Shown in pieces: positions 1-13,351 of a DNA stretch of 64,000 nt. The translations under genes and the position numbers were made by a program. Location: NCBI GenBank assembly GCA_951406725.2, contig OX597819.1:69998001-70062000 (forward strand), in the 5' to 3' direction. The stretch comes from Octopus vulgaris. Lineage: Eukaryota. How positions within the stretch are numbered: the stretch's first letter is position 1; every line of letters begins with the position of its first letter. Below the pieces are notes generated by a model. The model had not been told where the DNA came from. It did not search any database and was given only the letters and a program-made list of their open reading frames with translations.

Positions 1-130
1 ATTCAAATTACGATGAACGTAAACAAACAAACGAAGTTTGCTTTAGCAGCGTTGGGATGCCTTACAAAGTTAAACAAGTGATTTTAAATTCTCAAGTGCA
101 GGATCATGCTAATAATATAGCCCGAACAGG

Positions 131-279
131 ATTATTATTATTATTATTATTGTTGTTGTTGTTATTATTATTATTATCATTATTATTATTATTATTATTA
201 TTATCATTATTATTATTATTATTATTATTATCATTATTATTATTATTCCTATTATTATTATTTCTATTATTGTTATTAC

Positions 280-368
<89 letters not shown>

Positions 369-389
369 TCATTATTATTATTATTATTT
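131..389. repeat. (TTA)n/(TAG)n compound microsatellite (representative of many in the window)
   Basis: Directly visible trinucleotide arrays that explain the poly-L/I/V ORFs. Confidence 0.95.
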
Positions 390-988
390 TAATCCCATCA
401 CTAGTGTCTGGGGCAACGTATTCTCGTTTAGCTAGGGTTACTCGATCAATTCACCTGCGGGAATGAGTGTGTATGTGTGTGTGAGTGTGTGTGTATATAT
501 ATATCTATGTGTGTGTGTGTGTGTGTGTGAGAGTTTGGTTTGTATAAATGATGAAAGTTGCAATAAATTCCAATGTTAGACCCTCGCCTTGCCGGGAGCG
601 TGAACAAAGAAACGGAAACCAATTTACTGAATCTGCCATTAAACCGATGCTTATTATCGCCTGCAGCAAACTTGACGGAATATCTTGATATTATTTACTT
701 GCGATTCCTTATAAATCTCTCGGAATCCTTATATTATCAGAATGTGTTAGTGTCTGACTGCATGTAGTGCTAATGTTTCCATTTCTACCGGTTTTCTGCG
801 CTGTTTCTGCGTATATTATTGTGTTTTTAGTGTCCTATATGGTTCGTGTTTTGTTTATGAGCATATGTTTGTCTTTGTTGCCTGCGTATACATGCTCTGT
901 ATGCATTTGTATGCAAATATACTGTGTATGCGTGTGTGTATTTGCAAGCACACGTAATTGTACATACATGTACAAATAATAAATATAA

Positions 989-1052
<64 letters not shown>

Positions 1053-1195
1053 TGTACATGTATACTTTGTATGAATGAAGTCTTGCTTTCAACCTTCTGG
1101 TGTCGATTCAATGGAGTACAAGTCAAATACTTGATTGTTACTCCTTTATTCTTCTTCTACTTGTATTTTTACATTTTACTAATATTATTATTATA

Positions 1196-1264
<69 letters not shown>

Positions 1265-1299
1265 TCTGTTGTTGTTGTTATTGTTATAAACAATTATTG

Positions 1300-1490
1300 G
1301 CAATGGAATTGCACAACCGGTGAAGCGTCGGTCGAAAAAAAACTCTTGCGATATATGTTCTGGTTCTTTACATTTAGAATTCAATTTTTGATGAGATCAA
1401 CTTTGCGCATCAAGCCTCGTGGATCGATCAAATAAGGAACCAATCAAGTATCGGTATCGATCATATCAAATAATACTCTCAAAACTGTTC
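1300..1490 (+). mobile_element. Highly decayed SINE (family B)
   Basis: Weak similarity to the 7094-7300 copy (..caactttgc..atc..gatcgatcaaataag.acca). Confidence 0.45.
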
Positions 1491-1559
1491 TGGTACATTT
1501 TAATTAGGAACCCAGCTCCCGGCGGGTCCGGAATATGCTGGCTGTATATTCAATCCTTC

Positions 1560-2060
1560 TGTATTTGAATGGCACGCTCCGAGCTCTCCCTAAGTTCCCT
1601 AACTAAAAATGTACCAACACAAAGCAACACCATATGCACATTCCATAACTTCCCGATCAATGATGAAAATGCATGTCTGTGGTGTATAAAATCACGTGTA
1701 ATAAATGCATTAAGTCTTACATCGGAAGTACCATCAGACAGATGCACGTACAGGTTAAAAAACCGTCTCTGTGTTAACGGCTCTCCCGTGAAAAAAAATC
1801 ACCTACGGAAACATGAAACCCAAGACACGGCACAGAACGAAACCTTATCGTAACCAAATCGAACTACACACAGCTGGTTGGCTATTATAGCAATGCTATC
1901 CTGTGAATGCAAATCAACGTCCGACATACATACATATGCACATACTACAAAACAGGAAAGCCAGCTCGCAAAATCCAGTTCTCCGAAGCTTTTCTGAGGA
2001 AGGGGTCCTATCTACGATCAATCGTCACAACTACGTTTATGGTTTTGGCATGACTTGATA
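1560..2060 (+). pseudogene. Penelope-like element remnant: GIY-YIG endonuclease plus 3' end
   Basis: From 1679 it translates as VVYKITCNKCIKSYIGSTIRQMHVQVK (V-Y-x-I-x-C-xx-C-xx-YIG-x-T), in a frame not in the ORF track. It is frameshifted and has a decayed CTGAGGA hammerhead-like core near 1995. Confidence 0.75.
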
Positions 2061-2115
2061 AGCTTTCTCCATACTGGTCAGTTTTTCGCTTGAGTTTGCC
2101 ACTTATTATAATCAA

Positions 2116-2440
2116 CTAGCTGACCCCGTACCGTCAATATGTATACGACAAATTGTAGTATTTTATATATAAAGAAGATACATAATGATCACACATACAA
2201 GCATTCACATACTTCCTTTGTACACGCACGCACATACACACAGATACTCAGAGTCGAAACGCTGTTTCATTTTTTCACCCCTTACTTCCTTATTCATCTA
2301 TCACACCCTTCCTTTCTCTCAATGATATTACTTTCTCTCATCCCCTCTCAGTCAGGGCTATAACTCTCACTACTTCTCCTTCACTGATTAGTATTTTCTC
2401 CCCTCCTCCGGCGTGATTCTGGACAAATGTATATATATAT
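2116..2440 (-). mobile_element. Probable non-autonomous Helitron remnant
   Basis: Minus-strand 3' CTAG|T at 2116-2119 with an adjacent imperfect hairpin (cgtac..tatacg). The 5' end is unclear. Confidence 0.4.
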
Positions 2441-3019
2441 AATTTGTAAATAAATATAGGGATGGTTAAAATACTATCGCGAGTGGTAAGCGAATTATCA
2501 GCCGTACAGGCAAATTAATAAAATATATACATACAATATTAGATATGTACATATATTCACAAGGGTACTACATGAGTACCTATATCGCTAAAGATTGAAG
2601 TCAAAAAATACTTCTGTACCACCGAATAGTCACAAATCTATTACAGACATGATAGAAAAAAATATCAGTGAACAATAATAATGTCTTACCTCAAATGGGT
2701 CAGAACAAGTAAATGCTGGTCAACCTGGTACCTTTTCGAAATTTAGCGCCAAATAGGTACCTGATTTCTCATCAGCCAAAGTCCGCCAGCTAAACTACTA
2801 CTAACATTCTCCCCCATCAAGCCTACAAAAGTTCGTATATATACATATATATACACACAAATATATAATAACACTACGCTCAATATTATATTAGGAGATT
2901 CCTTTCCACTTCCGTTTTGCCGTATGTTTAAATCTAAGTCTAAGTCCCCTGGTTTCTTTTCCCCTTCCATAGCCAGGAGTAAAGGATTTGTCTGGGGAGT
3001 CTGTTGTGCCCATCCTGTG

Positions 3020-3130
3020 TACGGAAACCAATTTACGCAATCAATAAAATAAGTGCCAGTTGAGCACTGGAATCGATGTAAGGGATTCTCCTGACCCCCC
3101 AAAATTTCAGGCCTTATGCCTATAGTAGCC
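3020..3130 (-). mobile_element. SINE family B 3' fragment
   Basis: taagtgccagttgagcactgg..cccccaaaatttcaggcct..gcct resembles the family B tail at 7210-7290 and 44110-44165. The strand is uncertain. Confidence 0.4.
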
Positions 3131-3234
3131 CAACCAACGTAAATGTCTTTCAATGTGGATCTCCACCATAGGAGACGGACCTAACCGCGAAATATCAAGA
3201 TACAAGTTAAAAGCACAAGCCATCGACATATTTG

Positions 3235-3281
<47 letters not shown>

Positions 3282-3706
3282 TCACTTAATCAGTCAACGT
3301 TCTTATTTTTGCATTATTCTTCGACTTTCAGTCAACGTTTACCGTTGAAGACGGTGCCTTGAAACAGATACAACGTGCCACGAAATCGGGAGGCGTTGAT
3401 TCAATAATAATTCGGAAACTGCAAGAAGACGGAACCATGATCGCGGTAAGCAACTTATTCATGTTGTTATTGTCGTCGTCGTCGTCGTTGTTTCTGTTGT
3501 CTTTGTTGTTGCTGTTGTTGAATTATGTAAGACATAAAGAATACGGTGATGGTAATGATGATGATGAGGAGGAGAAGAAGGAGAAGAAGTGAAAGAAATA
3601 GAAGGAAAAAAAGAAGGAAGAGGTGGCAGACATTAGTAGTATGATGCTATTGTTCTTCAGCTAAATTTTCCTCCAAAATGTCTTTTACTATTATTATTAT
3701 TATTAC

Positions 3707-3761
<55 letters not shown>

Positions 3762-4319
3762 GAGTGAGAGAGCAGTTCATGCCATCAAAGTGACACTGGG
3801 GTAAAATATACGAAGCCCAATATACCCATCATGACTACCCGTCTGATAAAGGTACACCAGGCACATGCATCACAACCATATGTGCGCGACATGGTGATCT
3901 CATATCAAGATAAACAGCACATGACCTTGCAGGTGGAGCCCTGTTAGAATTTTCTTCAGGTTGAGTAGCCCATCCCGCTCAAACGGTCCCTGAATAAGGG
4001 TTGTTTAAGGATGTTGAAAGAACCACCCATGTTTCCAGAGGTGAACTATTCAAGCCCCAAAGAATCCCTCTCAACACATGGCTATGATGCTCCCCCACTA
4101 CTTCTGCTCGTGATCAGAGATGCACATATCGTCAGCCACTAAGGGACATGCTCAACTGGTTACGGTCAAACAACTGACAAGCAAATCTGTGGTATTGAGC
4201 AGAATATTTGCTGTAGCCCATCTTTTATACCAAGACAAAACAATGTACATGATAACACTTCCGATCAGTTAAGATCAGAAGCCATGAGAGCCACTGCCTG
4301 GTACTGCATCAGGGCATTT
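3762..4319 (-). mobile_element. ~560-bp non-coding element embedded in (TAA)n (copy 1)
   Basis: Near-identical to 46484-47041 and to the reverse complement of 37624-38180. Flanked on both sides by (TTA)n. Orientation is assigned from the (TAA)n tail and the 5S-fused copy. Confidence 0.9.
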
Positions 4320-4352
4320 ATTATTATTATTATCATTATTATTATTATTATT

Positions 4353-4659
4353 CAGTAGTTTTATTTTTATAGCGTGCTTTCACTTCACTACCGAGCGCAG
4401 TTCTGTGCGCCTTGGGTATGTGCTGTGATTTGTTGTGATGCTCTGATGGTTATTGTATGGAAAGTGTTCTGCGTAGGATGTGTGCAGTGCCCAGTAGTGC
4501 AATTTTCTGTATGTTATATGTGTTTGTAAGTCCTGGTGTTTTTGTTATGTATTTGTCTGAATATTTTTTTATCATGCATAATGCACCTACTATGATAAGA
4601 ATTGTTTCTGTTTTTAGATTCCACATTCTGGTTACCTCTATTTCCAGGTCTTTGTACTA
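4353..4659 (-). mobile_element. R4/Dong LINE 3' fragment (second subfamily)
   Basis: Minus strand reads YKDLEIEVTRMWNLKTETILIIVGAL..PGL..IQKIALLGTAHILRRTLS, homologous to the C-terminus of ORF 4858-6858. Flanked by (TAA)n. Confidence 0.85.
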
Positions 4660-4680
4660 TTATTATTATCATTATTATTA

Positions 4681-7015
4681 TTTTTTTTTTCTTCTTTCAA
4701 ATTTTCTTCCATTTCTTGCCGAGTGTCTTCCCGACTCCTAGGGCAAAGAAACTCATAGTGTATATTGGTAGGCCATTAAACCAAACTCAGTAGTTCGTTC
4801 ATTTTTTTTTTTTTTTTTTTTTAAAGTTAAATTAAAATACATGAGCAGCAACAGTTCTCACATCGACAATGCTCTTCTCAATACGTGTGATGTACCAGTT
4901 AAGACAATCTTTTGCACTTCTTGCAGGGATGGTAAGCCAGGGATCATTCTCATATAATTTTCGGTTCCCTTCTTGATCATTCCTAGTGCTCCTACGATCA
5001 CTGGTATTGTAACCGTCTTGAGATGCCACATTTTCTCAATTTCAATGAGTAGGTCTTTATATTTTCTGAGCTTGTCAAACTCTTTCGCTGAGATATTATG
5101 ATTACAGGGGATGCTCATGTCGATCAATAAACAAACTTTATTGTTTTGGTCTTTCACAACAATATCTGGTTTATTGGCCTTGATGGTTCGGTCTGTATGT
5201 ACTGGAAAGTCCCACAGAATGGTTACATTTTCTCCTTCAGTTACAGCCTCAGGGTGGTGATTATACCACTTGTCGGCAGTTTTGATATTGTAATGCCGAC
5301 TTATTAGCCAGTGGAGATATTGGCCAACTCTGTCATGTCTTAATTTATACTCCACTGGTGCTAAGACTTTACATCCAGAGATTAGGTGGTCCACTGTTTC
5401 AATCATGTCGTTGCAGAATCGGCATTTTGGGTCTGCTCCATTTTTCATCACATTGGCCTGGTAGTTCCGGGTTAATAGGCTTTGATCTTGAGCAGCCAGG
5501 ATGAAACCTTCGCTCTCTGCTTTTAGCCCTGAGCTCCGCAGCCACTGATGGGTTTGCTTCTGGTCAACATCAGCTTGTTTGCTGCGAGTCACATATTTGC
5601 CGTGCAGAGGTTTCTCCTCCCACCTATCAGCCAATTGCTCGTGCGCTTTTTTCATTGCCATCATTTTCACCTTCTTTGCAACAATAGTTGCCGTACTTCC
5701 CTCGGGTTGTTCAGTTTGGGTATCCTGCACGAGATCAATAGCAAATTTTTTGCTTTCCTTGATGATAGAATGAAGCTTCTTTCGTCTCTCGTGATTTTCC
5801 ACGAGCTTTAGCATCCAGTCATTCGATATTTCGAGATATTTGGCCAGTCCAATTGTGGTTGTTTTGTAATCTAGTTCAAATTGGATCAGGCCTCGACTTC
5901 CTTGGGCTCTGGGAAGGTAAAGGCGATCTACGTCTGCCTTTGGGTGGTGCATCCTATTACAACTCAGCAGCTTGCGTATTTTTCTATCTATATTCTTTAC
6001 TTCACTCATATTCCAGTTCAACACATTGTAGCTATAAGTAACAACTGGAACTGCTAAGGAATTTATAGCTAACACCTTGTTACGTGCATTTAGTTCAGAT
6101 TTCAGGACTGCACGAACTCTCCTATAACATTCCTTCCTGATTTTCTCTTTCATGCTTGCATGCTGAATACCAGAGCCTTCATTTATCCCTAAATATTTGT
6201 ATGTCTGTTCTTGCTCAAGCTCTCTTATGACTGTGTCAACATCTAACACGACTGAATTTGTGGTCTTCACTTTCCCTTTCTGGAAAGTGGCCTTGGCACA
6301 CTTCTCAAGTCCAAACTCCATCCCGATGTCATCGCTGAATGCTTTCACGGTGCGCAATAGGCCTTCAAGTTCATTATTGTCTTTACCATAAAGTTTTAAG
6401 TCATCCATATAAAATAGATGGCTTATTTTTTTATTGGCAATTTTATACCCATACCCTGTTCTGTTTAATTCACTTGTAAGGGATATTAGGGCTATGCAGA
6501 ATATTAAAGGTGAAAGTGAGTCACCTTGAAAAATTCCACAGTTGATGTTTATATTTTCTGAGGCAAGTACTCCATTAGAGTGGTATAATTGGAGATTCGT
6601 ATTCCACAACGACATATTGTGCTTCAGGAAGTTTGAAATCACAGGGGAAATTTTAAAGATGTCCAGCGATCTCAAGATCCATGGATGCGGTATACTGTCG
6701 AAGGCCTTTTTATAGTCAATCCATGCGGTGCTGAGATTTCTGCGCTTGTTGTGACAGTTCTCAAGGATCATACGATTGATTAGCAGTTGATCTTTGCATC
6801 CGTAAGAGCCTCGGCGGCACCCTTTTTGTTCAATGGGGAAAATATCGTTCTTCTCCATGAATGCATATGTTTTCTCCGCCAGGATAGATGTTAGGATTTT
6901 ATACGTGGTGGATAGACAGGTTATAGGCCGATAGTTTTTTGGAAGGTTGGTTTCGTTATTCTTTGGGAGTAGGTAAGTAATGCCACTTGCTAACCATTCA
7001 GGTGTTTTCTTCTTA
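4681..7015 (-). mobile_element. 5'-truncated R4/Dong-clade non-LTR retrotransposon inserted in (TAA)n
   Basis: Uninterrupted ORF2, a ~180-nt 3' UTR ending in an A-run that runs into (TAA)n, and (TAA)n at the 5' junction. Confidence 0.92.
4858..7010 (-). CDS. Reverse transcriptase + CCHC zinc knuckle + restriction-like endonuclease (N-terminally truncated)
   Basis: Motifs NYRPITCL (upstream of the tracked Met at 6858), DYKKAFDS, GIFQGDSLSP, YMDD, YKYLG, CRFC..HLISGC, RHD and KPDIVV..D..K. Confidence 0.93.
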
Positions 7016-7088
<73 letters not shown>

Positions 7089-7093
7089 GATAG

Positions 7094-7300
7094 AGGGCGG
7101 TTAGCTGGCAGAATCGTTAGCACGCCGGACACCGAGTGAAGGTCTTTGCGGTATTGAACGTTCTGAGTTCAAATTCCGCCGATTTTGCCTTTCATCCTTT
7201 CGGGGACCAATAAAATAAGTACCAGCTGAAAACTAGGGTTGATGTAATTGACTCATCCCCTCCCCAAAATTGCTGCCCTTGTGGCAAAATTTGAAACCAT
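7094..7300 (+). mobile_element. SINE family B (tRNA-like head)
   Basis: ggcggttagctggcagaatcgttagcacgccgg..gagttcaaattcc (B-box-like)..tttgcctttcatcctttcgggg, recurring across the window. Confidence 0.8.
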
Positions 7301-7308
7301 TATTATTA

Positions 7309-7357
<49 letters not shown>

Positions 7358-7380
7358 CATTGTCATCATCATCATCATCA

Positions 7381-7418
<38 letters not shown>

Positions 7419-7420
7419 GA

Positions 7421-7492
7421 AGGCGGCGAGCTGGCAGAATTATTAGCACGCCAAGCAAAATAATTCGCAGTATTTCGCCCGTCGCTACATTC
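7421..7492 (+). mobile_element. SINE family B 5' fragment
   Basis: ggcggcgagctggcagaattattagcacgcc. Confidence 0.7.
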
Positions 7493-7694
7493 GGAAATAA
7501 AAGGTTTGATGAGAGAGTGAGAGAGAAAGAGAGAAAGAGAGAGTCATAGATAGAGTGAGGTGATGATGGAAAAATGGGAAATGAGTGTACGGCAAAAGAA
7601 GAAGAAAGAAAAAAGCAAACAAAACAACAAATAGAATTCGAAATAGCTTGCAATACGTTTCGTATGTATGGGCTGCAGGTCTGTGTATGTGTGC

Positions 7695-7817
<123 letters not shown>

Positions 7818-7937
7818 TGTGTGTTTGTGTGTTTAAAGGAAAGACAAAGGGAAAGAAAACAGAGAACCTTTAAGAGAGCAGAAGGAAGAAAGATAAGAGA
7901 ATGACAGAGAGAAATGGAAATGTGAGAATGGAAATGA

Positions 7938-7957
7938 ACCGGAAGTGACGCCATTTT
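7938..7957 (+). promoter_or_regulatory. ETS/CRE-half-site/YY1 composite motif
   Basis: ACCGGAAGTGACGCCATTTT in non-repetitive sequence. Motif match only. Confidence 0.3.
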
Positions 7958-8849
7958 TACTATTACTTCATCTTTTAATCACCATTGAAATTTATTCATG
8001 GAATTGTTTGTATTGTTTAAGTGGCACTGACTGCGTATATAAAACGTCTGTGCATTAGCGGGTCTGTGTGTACGTGTATAAACTACCTGCGTTCCTGATG
8101 GGCTGGGCAAGTGATGGATGTATATGTGTGTTTGTGAGTGTGTGAGTGTGCTCGCGCGTTTGTGCACGAGTCTGTGTGTGTGTGCGTTTGCTTTTTCAGA
8201 ATAATGTATAACTTTAACCTAATATATACACACGTTTATACATTAGATATATATGAATATACACATACACCCTTGGCAAGTGTCTGCTACTATAGCCTTG
8301 TGAGTTGATTTGGTAAACGGAAACTGAAAGAAGCCTGTCGTATATATGTTTGTACATATATTTTCCCCTGCTTCGTCTTTGTGATATACTTGTATCCCTA
8401 CACACAGTCCCTAGAATAATCCTCTATACTTTTAAATCCGTGGCGCCCAGGATGACTGGTCAGTGTGTCCATATCTTAAAACATGACAACTCATTCCCAG
8501 ACAACTGATGCCAGGACAATTGAAATTTAGGACAATTGATTAGCAGGACAGACAACAACTCATAACAGGTATAAAGTGATATGTACTTCACTACATAACA
8601 AGAATATGAGTTCTGACGAGGATCGCAGATGGACTGATAAAAGTTTAGGAATAGTCTAGTTATTGGGTCTGGAGAGAGTCATTCTGTTTTAATGCCTTAT
8701 TAATTAACACACTCACCGGTTCGATTTCCATTCATTTATTCATGTTTTTCTAAAATTTTCGTTGTTTCTTGCGACCTCTTCAATTAAGTTTAAATTATTT
8801 TATTCGCACGGATTGAATTGATACGACAGGCTAATGAAACATCTCCCCT

Positions 8850-8916
8850 TTCGCTCTCTCTATCTCTCTTTCTCTCTCTGTCTATCTATCTCTCTATCTA
8901 TCTATCTATCTCTCTG

Positions 8917-8953
<37 letters not shown>

Positions 8954-9312
8954 TTATCCCTATCTATCTATTTATCTTTCTCTCTCGCTATCAATCTATC
9001 TCTCTCTCTCCCTACCTATCTATTTATCTCTCTCTCTCTCTCTATCTATCTATCTATTTATATCTCTCTCAATCTCTATTTATCTCTCTATCTATCTATC
9101 TGTCTATTTATCTCTCTCTCTCTATATATATATATATATTTATATATATCTCTCTATCTATTCATCTCTTTCTCTATGTATCTCTTTCTCTCTATCTATC
9201 TATCTATCTATCTCTCTCTCTCTCTCTCTCTGTCACTCTCTCCCTCTCCGTCTTTCCCTTTCTCCCGCTCTCTCTCCCTCTCTCCCTCTCTCTCTTTCTT
9301 TCTTTCTTTCTT
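8850..9312. repeat. (TCTA)n/(TC)n microsatellite
   Basis: Directly visible. Confidence 0.9.
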
Positions 9313-9694
9313 TTAAGGTATTTATAAAGCGGTTTGTTACCCGAAATATCAAAACTAATTAAATATTTCCAAGATAACATTTCACTATCTTTGTTATTGT
9401 TGTTAGTGATATTTAAAGTTCGATCGGCAGTCTTACATCCTTTTATAATGCAATGCTTTTCTGCCAATTCCGCAATACAGAAATCAAGCTACATTGCCAT
9501 TCTTCCATTATAGATTCATGCACATCTAGAGACGAATGAAATAGCCAGGAATATTATGAACTTTTTAATAGACTCCTCAAACATATGAAAATTTAAACAA
9601 TAATGCTTTCTCGCACCAGCACGGAACCATATTTTTTGTAGCAGTGGTGATGATAGTTTTATTTGTACCTCGTATATCACAACTTTTATCTTTT

Positions 9695-10070
9695 GGCATT
9701 TACTTGTTCCAGTCATTGGACAACGACCATACTGGTACACCGCCTGGAAGGGATTTTCTAAAACAAATAGCCCCCTCAGTACTTATTCTATCGGTCTTTT
9801 TTTAGCCATACTGCTAGATTACGGAGATGTAGACAAACCTACACCAATTGTCAAACGAGGGTAGGGCAAACAGGGACACAAAGACACACATAGACACACA
9901 CATATATTTATATAGATTGTATACTACAGGCTTCCACGCAGTTTCCGTCGACTAACTTCATTCAGAAGACTTTGGTCGACGCATGGCTATTCAAGAAGAT
10001 GCATGCTTAAGGAAACTGAAACCCCGTGATGGCAAAGGAAACTGAAACCCTGTGATGGCTTTGCCTGCGC
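9695..10070 (-). mobile_element. SINE family A, decayed
   Basis: Similar to 51827-52211 (cagtcatt..ccatactgg..cacc; acttattctatcggtct; cagtttccgtc). Confidence 0.7.
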
Positions 10071-10338
10071 CTCTTTCAATTCTGTCTTTTACTTTTTTTT
10101 TTCAACAACACTCAAATGACAAAATACGTTAAGCCAATACCAATAGGATTTGATCTTACAAATGGGGAAATAACTCAACAGCACATTGTGTTTTGTCATG
10201 CTGCCCCACTATTCCTGTCGCAGCACACACCAAACTTTAAATTAAGCATTAAACGTGTCATGTGAGTCTGTGTATGCGCGTATGTATGCGTGCAAGTGAG
10301 TCTGCATGCATATGTCATATATTTTACGTAAGTGTATG

Positions 10339-10378
<40 letters not shown>

Positions 10379-10412
10379 TATATATATATATATATATGCA
10401 AAAATCATACAT

Positions 10413-10477
<65 letters not shown>

Positions 10478-11284
10478 TCTAAACAGTAAAAATGTCTTGT
10501 GAGTTTGCTCACGTGCAAACGTGTATGTGCTAAGGAGTATGCATGGGTGTGTGTGTGTGTGTGAGTGTGTGTCTGTGAATGTATGTATGTGCATGTATGT
10601 GCATGTATGTATATATATTGTATACATATACACACACATATATATATATATCTTTACAAACACACACACACACATACATATCTATGCATATAATTGCATG
10701 ATCTCTTGTGCATGAAGATACATGAAACCACACATAGGCACACAAGCACTCTCACACACACACACACGCACACACACACATATTCACACATATATATACG
10801 CACTCTTCTTCTCCCATCCCACCCCACACCCACCCACATCCTCCCACTATCATCTGCTTGCACGTATACAATAAGAGTCGCTGGCAAGATAATACATTCA
10901 CTTGTGTAAGCTTTTAAACAATGCTGTTGGAAATTTTCTTTTTCTCTATTCCACAAACATCGCATCGCGTCTTTACTTTTCTCTCTTTGTCTTAATCCAT
11001 TATCTTATTTATTACTTGTTTGTCGTTTTTCTTTCCTATAACTTATCATTTCGTATATTCTCTGGCTGTCTTCGAGAGCAGTGATCTATCTGATGTTCCA
11101 GAGATGAGCTTATCTGGCCATCTTAACGAGAGCTTTTCTCTGAAACGGTCTTTTATGGAACTAAATCAAATGAAGGTTCGCCTGCAAAATAAGCATGTAT
11201 ATACGTGAGTATGTGGGTTACATATGCGTCTTTGTATGAACGCATGTAGTACATGTACATATATAATATCTATACATACATACA

Positions 11285-11320
<36 letters not shown>

Positions 11321-11340
11321 TACATAAATGTACATGTATA

Positions 11341-11382
<42 letters not shown>

Positions 11383-11621
11383 CATACATATATATACAAC
11401 GTGCAGGTATATACATACATGTATGTATATGTATACATATATATATGTACATGTAGGTATATACATATGCGTATATACATATATATATATGTATATATAT
11501 ATATATATGTACATATATGCATATATGTGTGTGTGTATATATATAAATGTACATGTATATATGTATGTATTTGTATATACATATATATATACATACATAT
11601 ACATATATATATATACATATA

Positions 11622-11656
<35 letters not shown>

Positions 11657-11742
11657 GCATATATTTGTTTGTATATACAAACATATATATAACGTACAGG
11701 TAGGTATATGTATGTATATGCGTATATACATATACATATATG

Positions 11743-11779
<37 letters not shown>

Positions 11780-11934
11780 ATGCATGTGTGTTTGTGTGTG
11801 TGTGTGTATGTGTATGTGCATGTATGTATGTATAATGTAGTACACAAGAGTGCATGTATCCATTATACCTTTGTATGTAAGTATTTATCCTGTATATGAG
11901 TGTGTTTTGGCATGTATATATGTTAACATGCGCT

Positions 11935-12258
11935 TTGATATGCTGGTTTAGCGGTTAAGATATGCGGCTCGTCATCGCAAGGTTGCGAGTTCGATTCCTG
12001 GCGGTTCGTTGTAGCATTAAGCAAGACATTTTATTTCACGTAGCTCCAGTCCACTGTACTGGCAAGAATGAGTAGTACTTGTATTTCAAAGGAACGGCCT
12101 TGTCACACTCTGTGCCACATTGAATCTCACTCTGAAAATTATGTTAAGGGTACGTGTGTCTGTGGAGTACTCAGCCACTTGCACGTTAATTTCACGAGCA
12201 GGTTGCTCCGTTGTTCGGATCAACTGTAACACGCATCGTCGTAACCGACGGTGTGCCA
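11935..12258 (+). mobile_element. SINE family C (tRNA-derived head)
   Basis: ggtttagcggttaag (A box) and gagttcgattcc (B box), then ttttatttcacgtagctccagtccact. Related to 33810-34105 and 57606-57905. Confidence 0.75.
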
Positions 12259-12277
12259 TATATGTATATGTGTGACT

Positions 12278-12600
12278 GGCGTAGGAGTGGCTGTGCGGTA
12301 GGGAACTTGCTTCCCAACCACATGGTTCCAGTTTCAGTGCCACTGCATGGCACCTCGGGCAAGTGTCTTCTACTATAGCCGACAAAAGCCTTGTGAGTGA
12401 ATTTGGTAGACGGAAACTGAAAGAAGTCTGTCGTATGTGTGTGTGTGTATTTGTGTATCTGACAACCGGTGTTGGTGTGTTTACCTCCCCGTAACTTAGC
12501 GGTTCGATAAAAGTGACCGTTAGAATAAGTACTAGGCTTACAAAGAATAAGTTCTTGGGTCGATTTGCTCGACTAAAGGTGACACAAGTAAAATAATAAA
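12278..12600 (+). mobile_element. SINE family A (tRNA-derived)
   Basis: ggcgtaggagtggctgtgcggtag..ggttccagtttcagtgcc..gggcaagtgtcttctactatagcc..tttggtagacggaaactgaaagaag. Confidence 0.85.
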
Positions 12601-12605
12601 TAGAG

Positions 12606-12656
<51 letters not shown>

Positions 12657-12730
12657 CTAGCTCGCTAGCTAGGTAGATAGGTACGTCGGTAGGTAGATAG
12701 ATAGATAGATAGATAGATAGAAAGATAGAT

Positions 12731-13110
12731 TGGCGTTGGCATAGCTGCATGGTTAAGAATCTCACTTTGCAATCACGTAGGTTTGGGTTCAGTCCTATGG
12801 CGCGGCATCTTAGGCAAGTCCCTTCCACCAGAACCACGGATCGATCAATACCTTGACAGGGAATATGACAGTCAGAAACAGTGACATCTGATGCGCCTGT
12901 CTTTGTGTTTGTGTTGAGTTTGTCCCCGCTTAACAGTCACGGTCGGTTTGGCAACCGGTGTTGATTTATTTGCGTTCCCTGACACTCAGCGGTTTGTAGC
13001 CTGATAGAATAATTCCCAGATTTAAAATATTTCCTAGGGAGGTTTTGTTCGGCCAAACCTTTAAAGGTGGTGCTCCAGCATCGCCGCAGTCCATTGAAAG
13101 ATTAAAAAAA
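12731..13110 (+). mobile_element. SINE family A, decayed
   Basis: gggttcagtcc head and ggtggtgctccagcatcgccgcagtc tail. Confidence 0.7.
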
Positions 13111-13265
13111 TAAATATATATATATATTCTTTTGTTCATTGGTTCTTTGTCCTTTAACCCGTCTCACTAAAACAATTTCTTCCGCGATTTCGCCTTCTCT
13201 CTCAATCCATTTCTTGCTCTTCTGTATATTACCTGTCAATTCTCGCTTTCTCTTTCACTCTCTCT

Positions 13266-13338
<73 letters not shown>

Positions 13339-13351
13339 CCTATGTATCTAC

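Noticed and set aside
4262-4318. U2 snRNA-like snippets at the end of the 560-bp element
   Set aside because: Only short, gapped resemblance, too weak to support without a covariance-model search.
12278-12350. tRNA genes at SINE heads
   Set aside because: A/B-box-like motifs run into SINE bodies and do not form complete cloverleafs.
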